Source of the DNA: Auanema rhodensis
Taxonomy: Eukaryota; Animalia; Nematoda
DNA: 64,000 bases
Assembly: GCA_964057225.1 (NCBI GenBank)
Contig: CAXKVF010000078.1
Coordinates: 558,001 to 622,000, forward strand
Direction of reading: 5' to 3'
Each line of letters opens with the position of its first letter. Position 1 is the stretch's first letter. Shown piece after piece: positions 1 through 10,900 of this stretch. The notes under the pieces are model-generated. The model had not been told where the DNA came from. It ran no database searches and worked only from the letters and a program-made list of their open reading frames with translations. A program made the position numbers and the translations under genes.

Positions 1-35
1 GGGGAATCTAATTTTGAAAACCGCATCTCTTTATC

Positions 36-52
36 TTTCACGTGAAGCGAGT
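36..52 (+). other. CENP-B-box-like motif TTTCACGTGAAGCGAGT, present at the same position in essentially every monomer
   Basis: Matches 7 of 9 core positions of NTTCGNNNNANNCGGGN and 11/17 of YTTCGTTGGAARCGGGA. Overlaps the perfect palindrome TTCACGTGAA (37-46). Function not shown. Confidence 0.35.
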
Positions 53-119
53 TACATACCAAGTGCACATCACGTGTACATTTAATTAGCATAAATTAAA
101 GTTCACGTAAATTTCAAAG

Positions 120-134
120 TCATGGTTACCATGA
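120..134. other. 15-bp odd palindrome TCATGGT-T-ACCATGA in the consensus monomer
   Basis: 7-bp perfect arms around central T127; contains a GGTNACC site. Confidence 0.9.
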
Positions 135-176
135 ACCAATATCAATAAAAATTTGTTTTTAGACTAATATGGACAT

Positions 177-3100
177 GGGGAATCTAATTTTGAAAACCGC
201 ATCTCTTTATCTTTCACGTGAAGCGAGTTACATACCAAGTGCACATCACGTGTACATTTAATTAGCATAAATTAAAGTTCACGTAAACTTCAAAGTCATG
301 GTTACCATGAACCAATATCAATAAAAATTTGTTTTTAGACTAATATGGACATGGGGAATCTAATTTTGAAAACCGCATCTCTTTATCTTTCACGTGAAGC
401 GAGTTACATACCAAGTGCACATCACGTGTACATTTAATTAGCATAAATTAAAGTTCACGTAAATTTCAAAGTCATGGTTACCATGAACCAATATCAATAA
501 AAATTTGTTTTTAGACTAATATGGACATGGGGAATCTAATTTTAAAAACCGCATCTCTTTATCTTTCACGTGAAGCGAGTTACATACCAAGTGCACATCA
601 CGTGTACATTTAATTAGCATAAATTAAAGTTCACGTAAACTTCAAAGTCATGGTTACCATGAACCAATATCAATAAAAATTTGTTTTTAGACTAATATGG
701 ACATGGGGAATCTAATTTTGAAAACCGCATCTCTTTATCTTTCACGTGAAGCGAGTTACATACCAAGTGCACATCACGTGTACATTTAATTAGCATAAAT
801 TAAAGTTCACGTAAATTTCAAAGTCATGGTTACCATGAACCAATATCAATAAAAATTTGTTTTTAGACTAATATGGACATGGGGAATCTAATTTTGAAAA
901 CCGCATCTCTTTATCTTTCACGTGAAGCGAGTTACATACCAAGTGCACATCACGTGTACATTTAATTAGCATAAATTAAAGTTCACGTAAATTTCAAAGT
1001 CATGGTTACCATGAACCAATATCAATAAAAATTTGTTTTTAGACTAATATGGACATGGGGAATCTAATTTTGAAAACCGCATCTCTTTATCTTTCACGTG
1101 AAGCGAGTTACATACCAAGTGCACATCACGTGTACATTTAATTAGCATAAATTAAAGTTCACGTAAATTTCAAAGTCATGGTTACCATGAAGCAATATCA
1201 ATAAAAATTTGTTTTTAGACTAATATGGACATGGGGAATCTAATTTTGAAAACCGCATCTCTTTATCTTTCACGTGAAGCGAGTTACATACCAAGTGCAC
1301 ATCACGTGTACATTTAATTAGCATAAATTAAAGTTCACGTAAATTTCAAAATCATGGTTACCAAGAACCAATATCAATAAAAATTTGTTTTTAGACTAAT
1401 ATGGACATGGGGAATCTAATTTTGAAAACCGCATCTCTTTATCTTTCACGTGAAGCGAGTTACATACCAAGTGCACATCACGTGTACATTTAATTAGCAT
1501 AAATTAAAGTTCACGTAAATTTCAAAGTCATGGTTACCATGAACCAATATCAATAAAAATTTGTTTTTAGACTAAGATGGACATGGGGAATCTAATTTTG
1601 AAAACCGCATTTCTTTATCTTTCACGTGAAGCGAGTTACATACCAAGTGCACATCACGTGTACATTTAATTAGCATAAATTAAAGTTCACGTAAATTTCA
1701 AAGTCATGGTTACCATGCACCAATATCAATAAAAATTTGTTTTTAGACTAATATGGACATGGGGAATCTAATTTTGAAAACCGCATCTCTTTATCTTTCA
1801 CGTGAAGCGAGTTACATACCAAGTGCACATCACGTGTACATTTAATTAGCATAAATTAAAGTTCACGTAAATTTCAAAATCATGGTTACCATGAAGCAAT
1901 ATCAATAAAAATTTGTTTTTAGACTAATATGGACATGGGGAATCTAATTTTGAAAACCGCATCTCTTTATCTTTCACGTGAAGCGAGTTACATACCAAGT
2001 GCACATCACGTGTACATTTAATTAGCATAAATTAAAGTTCACGTAAATTTCAAAGTCATGGTTACCATGCACCAATATCAATAAAAATTTGTTTTTAGAC
2101 TAATATGGACATGGGGAATCTAATTTTGAAAACCGCATCTCTTTATCTTTCACGTGAAGCGAGTTACATACCAAGTGCACATCACGTGTACATTTAATTA
2201 GCATAAATTAAAGTTCACGTAAATTTCAAAGTCATGGTTACCATGCACCAATATCAATAAAAATTTGTTTTTAGACTAATATGGACATGGGGAATCTAAT
2301 TTTGAAAACCGCATCTCTTTATCTTTCACGTGAAGCGAGTTACATACCAAGTGCACATCACGTGTACATTTAATTAGCATAAATTAAAGTTCACGTAAAC
2401 TTCAAAGTCATGGTTACCATGAACCAATATCAATAAAAATTTGTTTTTAGACTAATATGGACATGGGGAATCTAATTTTGAAAACCGCATCTCTTTATCT
2501 TTCACGTGAAGCGAGTTACATACCAAGTGCACATCACGTGTACATTTAATTAGCATAAATTAAAGTTCACGTAAATTTCAAAGTCATGGTTACCATGAAC
2601 CAATATCAATAAAAATTTGTTTTTAGACTAATATGGACATGGGGAATCTAATTTTAAAAACCGCATCTCTTTATCTTTCACGTGAAGCGAGTTACATACC
2701 AAGTGCACATCACGTGTACATTTAATTAGCATAAATTAAAGTTCACGTAAACTTCAAAGTCATGGTTACCATGAACCAATATCAATAAAAATTTGTTTTT
2801 AGACTAATATGGACATGGGGAATCTAATTTTGAAAACCGCATCTCTTTATCTTTCACGTGAAGCGAGTTACATACCAAGTGCACATCACGTGTACATTTA
2901 ATTAGCATAAATTAAAGTTCACGTAAATTTCAAAATCATGGTTACCATGAAGCAATATCAATAAAAATTTGTTTTTAGACTAATATGGACATGGGGAATC
3001 TAATTTTGAAAACCGCATCTCTTTATCTTTCACGTGAAGCGAGTTACATACCAAGTGCACATCACGTGTACATTTAATTAGCATAAATTAAAGTTCACGT

Positions 3101-3872
3101 AAATTTCAAAGTCATGGTTACCATGCACCAATATCAATAAAAATTTGTTTTTAGACTAATATGGACATGGGGAATCTAATTTTGAAAACCGCATCTCTTT
3201 ATCTTTCACGTGAAGCGAGTTACATACCAAGTGCACATCACGTGTACATTTAATTAGCATAAATTAAAGTTCACGTAAATTTCAAAGTCATGGTTACCAT
3301 GAAGCAATATCAATAAAAATTTGTTTTTAGACTAATATGGACATGGGGAATCTAATTTTGAAAACCGCATCTCTTTATCTTTCACGTGAAGCGAGTTACA
3401 TACCAAGTGCATATCACGTGTACATTTAATTAGCATAAATTAAAGTTCACGTAAATTTCAAAGTCATGGTTACCAAGAACCAATATCAATAAAAATTTGT
3501 TTTTAGACTAATATGGACATGGGGAATCTAATTTTGAAAACCGCATCTCTTTATCTTTCACGTGAAGCGAGTTACATACCAAGTGCACATCACGTGTACA
3601 TTTAATTAGCATAAATTAAAGTTCACGTAAATTTCAAAGTCATGGTTACCATGAACCAATATCAATAAAAATTTGTTTTTAGACTAAGATGGACATGGGG
3701 AATCTAATTTTGAAAACCGCATTTCTTTATCTTTCACGTGAAGCGAGTTACATACCAAGTGCACATCACGTGTACATTTAATTAGCATAAATTAAAGTTC
3801 ACGTAAATTTCAAAGTCATGGTTACCATGCACCAATATCAATAAAAATTTGTTTTTAGACTAATATGGACAT
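177..3872. repeat. Imperfect 12-monomer (2112-bp) local duplication
   Basis: G16A+T112C at 544/2656, T132A at 1364/3476, T168G at 1576/3688 and C27T+A134C monomers at 1585/3697 are all 2112 bp apart. Two intervening monomers differ between copies. Confidence 0.75.
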
Positions 3873-6800
3873 GGGGAATCTAATTTTGAAAACCGCATCT
3901 CTTTATCTTTCACGTGAAGCGAGTTACATACCAAGTGCACATCACGTGTACATTTAATTAGCATAAATTAAAGTTCACGTAAATTTCAAAGTCATGGTTA
4001 CCATGAACCAATATCAATAAAAATTTGTTTTTAGACTAATATGGACATGGGGAATCTAATTTTGAAAACCGCATCTCTTTATCTTTCACGTGAAGCGAGT
4101 TACATACCAAGTGCACATCACGTGTACATTTAATTAGCATAAATTAAAGTTCACGTAAATTTCAAAGTCATGGTTACCATGAACCAATATCAATAAAAAT
4201 TTGTTTTTAGACTAATATGGACATGGGGAATCTAATTTTGAAAACCGCATTTCTTTATCTTTCACGTGAAGCGAGTTACATACCAAGTGCACATCACGTG
4301 TACATTTAATTAGCATAAATTAAAGTTCACGTAAATTTCAAAGTCATGGTTACCATGAAGCAATATCAATAAAAATTTGTTTTTAGACTAATATGGACAT
4401 GGGGAATCTAATTTTGAAAACCGCATCTCTTTATCTCTCACGTGAAGCGAGTTACATACCAAGTGCACATCACGTGTACATTTAATTAGCATAAATTAAA
4501 GTTCACGTAAATTTCAAAGTCATGGTTACCATGAACCAATATCAATAAAAATTTGTTTTTAGACTAATATGGACATGGGGAATCTAATTTTGAAAACCGC
4601 ATCTCTTTATCTTTCACGTGAAGCGAGTTACATACCAAGTGCACATCACGTGTACATTTAATTAGCATAAATTAAAGTTCACGTAAATTTCAAAGTCATG
4701 GTTACCATGAACCAATATCAATAAAAATTTGTTTTTAGACTAATATGGACATGGGGAATCTAATTTTGAAAACCGCATTTCTTTATCTTTCACGTGAAGC
4801 GAGTTACATACCAAGTGCACATCACGTGTACATTTAATTAGCATAAATTAAAGTTCACGTAAATTTCAAAGTCATGGTTACCATGCACCAATATCAATAA
4901 AAATTTGTTTTTAGACTAATATGGACATGGGGAATCTAATTTTGAAAACCGCATCTCTTTATCTTTCACGTGAAGCGAGTTACATACCAAGTGCACATCA
5001 CGTGTACATTTAATTAGCATAAATTAAAGTTCACGTAAATTTCAAAGTCATGGTTACCATGCACCAATATCAATAAAAATTTGTTTTTAGACTAATATGG
5101 ACATGGGGAATCTAATTTTGAAAACCGCATCTCTTTATCTTTCACGTGAAGCGAGTTACATACCAAGTGCACATCACGTGTACATTTAATTAGCATAAAT
5201 TAAAGTTCACGTAAATTTCAAAGTCATGGTTACCATGAACCAATATCAATAAAAATTTGTTTTTAGACTAATATGGACATGGGGAATCTAATTTTGAAAA
5301 CCGCATCTCTTTATCTTTCACGTGAAGCGAGTTACATACCAAGTGCACATCACGTGTACATTTAATTAGCATAAATTAAAGTTCACGTAAATTTCAAAGT
5401 CATGGTTACCACGAACCAATATCAAAAAAAATTTGTTTTTAGACTAATATGGACATGGGGAATCTAATTTTGAAAACCGCATCTCTTTATCTTTCACGTG
5501 AAGCGAGTTACATACCAAGTGCACATCACGTGTACATTTAATTAGCATAAATTAAAGTTCACGTAAATTTTAAAGTCATGGTTACCATGAACCAATATCA
5601 ATAAAAATTTGTTTTTAGTCTAATATGGACATGGGGAATCTAATTTTGAAAACCGCATCTCTTTATCTTTCACGTGAAGCGAGTTACATACCAAGTGCAC
5701 ATCACGTGTACATTTAATTAGCATAAATTAAAGTTCACGTAAACTTCAAAGTCATGGTTACCATGAAGCAATATCAATAAAAATTTGTTTTTAGACTAAT
5801 ATGGACATGGGGAATCTAATTTTGAAAACCGCATCTCTTTATCTTTCACGTGAAGCGAGTTACATACCAAGTGCACATCACGTGTACATTTAATTAGCAT
5901 TAATTAAAGTTCACGTAAATTTCAAAGTCATGGTTACCATGAACCAATATCAATAAAAATTTGTTTTTAGACTAATATGGACATGGGGAATCTAATTTTG
6001 AAAACCGCATCTCTTTATCTTTCACGTGAAGCGAGTTACATACCAAGTGCACATCACGTGTACATTTAATTAGCATAAATTAAAGTTCACGTAAATTTCA
6101 AAGTCATGGTTACCATGAACCAATATCAATAAAAATTTGTTTTTAGACTAATATGGACATGGGGAATCTAATTTTGAAAACCGCATCTCTTTATCTTTCA
6201 CGTGAAGCGAGTTACATACCAAGTGCACATCACGTGTACATTTAATTAGCATAAATTAAAGTTCACGTAAATTTCAAAGTCATGGTTACCATGAACCAAT
6301 AACAATAAAAATTTGTTTTTAGACTAATATGGACATGGGGAATCTAATTTTGAAAACCGCATCTCTTTATCTTTCACGTGAAGCGAGTTACATACCAAGT
6401 GCACATCACGTGTACATTTAATTAGCATAAATTAAAGTTCACGTAAATTTCAAAGTCATGGTTACCACGAACCAATATCAATAAAAATTTGTTTTTAGAC
6501 TAATATGGACATGGGGAATCTAATTTTGAAAACCGCATCTCTTTATCTTTCACGTGAAGCGAGTTACATACCAAGTGCACATCACGTGTACATTTAATTA
6601 GCATGAATTAAAGTTCACGTAAATTTCAAAGTCATGGTTACCATGAACCAATATCAATAAAAATTTGTTTTTAGACTAATATGGACATGGGGAATCTAAT
6701 TTTGAAAACCGCATCTCTTTATCTTTCACGTGAAGCGAGTTACATACCAAGTGCACATCACGTGTACATTTAATTAGCATAAATTAAAGTTCACGTAAAC

Positions 6801-7920
6801 TTCAAAGTCATGGTTACCATGAAGCAATATCAATAAAAATTTGTTTTTAGACTAATATGGACATGGGGAATCTAATTTTGAAAACCGCATCTCTTTATCT
6901 TTCACGTGAAGCGAGTTACATACCAAGTGCACATCACGTGTACATTTAATTAGCATAAATTAAAGTTCACGTAAATTTCAAAGTCATGGTTACCATGAAC
7001 CAATATCAATAAAAATTTGTTTTTAGACTAATATGGACATGGGGAATCTAATTTTGAAAACCGCATCTCTTTATCTTTCACGTGAAGCGAGTTACATACC
7101 AAGTGCACATCACGTGTACATTTAATTAGCATAAATTAAAGTTCACGTAAATTTCAAAGTCATGGTTACCACGAACCAATATCAATAAAAATTTGTTTTT
7201 AGACTAATATGGACATGGGGAATCTAATTTTGAAAACCGCATCTCTTTATCTTTCACGTGAAGCGAGTTACATACCAAGTGCACATCACGTGTACATTTA
7301 ATTAGCATAAATTAAAGTTCACGTAAATTTCAAAGTCATGGTTACCATGAACCAATATCAATAAAAATTTGTTTTTAGACTAATATGGACATGGGGAATC
7401 TAATTTTGAAAACCGCATCTCTTTATCTTTCACGTGAAGCGAGTTACATACCAAGTGCACATCACGTGTACATTTAATTAGCATAAATTAAAGTTCACGT
7501 AAATTTCAAAGTCATGGTTACCATGAACCAATATCAATAAAAATTTGTTTTTAGACTAATATGGACATGGGGAATCTACTTTTGAAAACCGCATCTCTTT
7601 ATCTTTCACGTGAAGCGAGTTACATACCAAGTGCACATCACGTGTACATTTAATTAGCATAAATTAAAGTTCACGTAAATTTCAAAGTCATGGTTACCAT
7701 GAACCAATATCAATAAAAATTTGTTTTTAGACTAATATGGACATGGGGAATCTAATTTTGAAAACCGCATCTCTTTATCTTTCACGTGAAGCGAGTTACA
7801 TACCAAGTGCACATCACGTGTACATTTAATTAGCATAAATTAAAGTTCACGTAAATTTCAAAGTCATGGTTACCATGAACCAATATCAATAAAAATTTGT
7901 TTTTAGACTAATATGGACAT

Positions 7921-10900
7921 GGGGAATCTAATTTTGAAAACCGCATCTCTTTATCTTTCACGTGAAGCGAGTTACATACCAAGTGCACATCACGTGTACA
8001 TTTAATTAGCATAAATTAAAGTTCACGTAAACTTCAAAGTCATGGTTACCATGAAGCAATATCAATAAAAATTTGTTTTTAGACTAATATGGACATGGGG
8101 AATCTAATTTTGAAAACCGCATCTCTTTATCTTTCACGTGAAGCGAGTTACATACCAAGTGCACATCACGTGTACATTTAATTAGCATAAATTAAAGTTC
8201 ACGTAAATTTCAAAGTCATGGTTACCACGAACCAATATCAATAAAAATTTGTTTTTAGACTAATATGGACATGGGGAATCTAATTTTGAAAACCGCATCT
8301 CTTTATCTTTCACGTGAAGCGAGTTACATACCAAGTGCACATCACGTGTACATTTAATTAGCATAAATTAAAGTTCACGTAAATTTCAAAGTCATGGTTA
8401 CCATGAAGCAATATCAATAAAAATTTGTTTTTAGACTAATATGGACATGGGGAATCTAATTTTGAAAACCGCATCTCTTTATCTTTCACGTGAAGCGAGT
8501 TACATACCAAGTGCACATCACGTGTACATTTAATTAGCATAAATTAAAGTTCACGTAAACTTCAAAGTCATGGTTACCATGAAGCAATATCAATAAAAAA
8601 TGGTTTTTAGACTAATATGGACATGGGGAATCTAATTTTGAAAACCGCATCTCTTTATCTTTCACGTGAAGCGAGTTACATACCAAGTGCACATCACGTG
8701 TACATTTAATTAGCATAAATTAAAGTTCACGTAAATTTCAAAGTCATGGTTACCATGAACCAATATCAATAAAAATTTGTTTTTAGACTAATATGGACAT
8801 GGGGAATCTAATTTTGAAAACCGCATCTCTTTATCTTTCACGTGAAGCGAGTTACATACCAAGTGCACATCACGTGTACATTTAATTAGCATAAATTAAA
8901 GTTCACGTAAACTTCAAAGTCATGGTTACCATGAAGCAATATCAATAAAAAATGGTTTTTAGACTAATATGGACATGGGGAATCTAATTTTGAAAACCGC
9001 ATCTCTTTATCTTTCACGTGAAGCGAGTTACATACCAAGTGCACATCACGTGTACATTTAATTAGCATAAATTAAAGTTCACGTAAATTTCAAAGTCATG
9101 GTTACCATGAACCAATATCAATAAAAATTTGTTTTTAGACTAATATGGACATGGGGAATCTAATTTTGAAAACCGCATCTCTTTATCTTTCACGTGAAGC
9201 GAGTTACATACCAAGTGCACATCACGTGTACATTTAATTAGCATAAATTAAAGTTCACGTAAATTTCAAAGTCATGGTTACCATGAACCAATATCAATAA
9301 AAATTTGTTTTTAGACTAATATGGACATGGGGAATCTAATTTTGAAAACCGCATCTCTTTATCTTTCACGTGAAGCGAGTTACATACCAAGTGCACATCA
9401 CGTGTACATTTAATTAGCATAAATTAAAGTTCACGTAAACTTCAAAGTCATGGTTACCATGAAGCAATATCAATAAAAATTTGTTTTTAGACTAATATGG
9501 ACATGGGGAATCTAATTTTGAAAACCGCATCTCTTTATCTTTCACGTGAAGCGAGTTACATACCAAGTGCACATCACGTGTACATTTAATTAGCATAAAT
9601 TAAAGTTCACGTAAATTTCAAAGTCATGGTTACCATGAACCAATATCAATAAAAATTTGTTTTTAGACTAATATGGACATGGGGAATCTAATTTTGAAAA
9701 CCGCATTTCTTTATCTTTCACGTGAAGCGAGTTACATACCAAGTGCACATCACGTGTACATTTAATTAGCATAAATTAAAGTTCACGTAAATTTCAAAGT
9801 CATGGTTACCATGCACCAATATCAATAAAAATTTGTTTTTAGACTAATATGGACATGGGGAATCTAATTTTGAAAACCGCATCTCTTTATCTTTCACGTG
9901 AAGCGAGTTACATACCAAGTGCACATCACGTGTACATTTAATTAGCATAAATTAAAGTTCACGTAAATTTCAAAGTCATGGTTACCATGAACCAATATCA
10001 ATAAAAATTTGTTTTTAGACTAATATGGACATGGGGAATCTAATTTTGAAAACCGCATCTCTTTATCTTTCACGTGAAGCGAGTTACATACCAAGTGCAC
10101 ATCACGTGTACATTTAATTAGCATAAATTAAAGTTCACGTAAATTTCAAAGTCATGGTTACCACGAACCAATATCAATAAAAATTTGTTTTTAGACTAAT
10201 ATGGACATGGGGAATCTAATTTTGAAAACCGCATCTCTTTATCTTTCACGTGAAGCGAGTTACATACCAAGTGCACATCACGTGTACATTTAATTAGCAT
10301 AAATTAAAGTTCACGTAAATTTCAAAGTCATGGTTACCATGAACCAATATCAATAAAAATTTGTTTTTAGACTAATATGGACATGGGGAATCTAATTTTG
10401 AAAACCGCATCTCTTTATCTTTCACGTGAAGCGAGTTACATACCAAGTGCACATCACGTGTACATTTAATTAGCATAAATTAAAGTTCACGTAAACTTCA
10501 AAGTCATGGTTACCATGAAGCAATATCAATAAAAATTTGTTTTTAGACTAATATGGACATGGGGAATCTAATTTTGAAAACCGCATCTCTTTATCTTTCA
10601 CGTGAAGCGAGTTACATACCAAGTGCACATCACGTGTACATTTAATTAGCATAAATTAAAGTTCACGTAAATTTCAAAGTCATGGTTACCACGAACCAAT
10701 ATCAATAAAAATTTGTTTTTAGACTAATATGGACATGGGGAATCTAATTTTGAAAACCGCATCTCTTTATCTTTCACGTGAAGCGAGTTACATACCAAGT
10801 GCACATCACGTGTACATTTAATTAGCATAAATTAAAGTTCACGTAAATTTCAAAGTCATGGTTACCATGAAGCAATATCAATAAAAATTTGTTTTTAGAC

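Larger units (their letters stand above)
1..176 (+). repeat. Consensus monomer (reference copy)
   Basis: Bases 1-176 match the most frequent monomer. Recurrent variants: C8G, G16A, C27T, T32C, T112C/A, G119A, T132C/A, A134C, A135T, C136G, T142A, T152A+T154G, T154C, A166G. Confidence 0.97.

Noticed and set aside
144-149. AATAAA polyadenylation signal in each monomer
   Set aside because: Expected by chance in 68% AT sequence; no transcript evidence.
69-176. Resemblance to a budding-yeast point centromere: ATCACGTG (CDEI RTCACRTG), 77-bp spacer, then TGTTTTT like the start of CDEIII
   Set aside because: The spacer is only ~77% AT versus >90% for CDEII, the essential CCG core of CDEIII is absent at the expected position, and point centromeres are not tandemly arrayed. 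Treated as coincidence.
1-176. Assignment to known 171-178-bp satellites (alpha satellite, Arabidopsis CEN178, Brassica CentBr, honeybee AluI)
   Set aside because: Only the length is similar. The consensus has no AAGCTT or AGCT site and no sequence similarity that I can recognise. A database search is needed.
1-176. Tandem 5S rRNA, tRNA, snRNA or spliced-leader gene array
   Set aside because: No recognisable 5S or tRNA sequence, cloverleaf or Pol III A/B/C boxes. AATTTTGAA resembles an Sm-site-like run, but nothing else supports it.
172-180. G-run suggesting a G-quadruplex or telomeric motif
   Set aside because: There is only one G4 run per 176 bp and no telomere-type short repeat.
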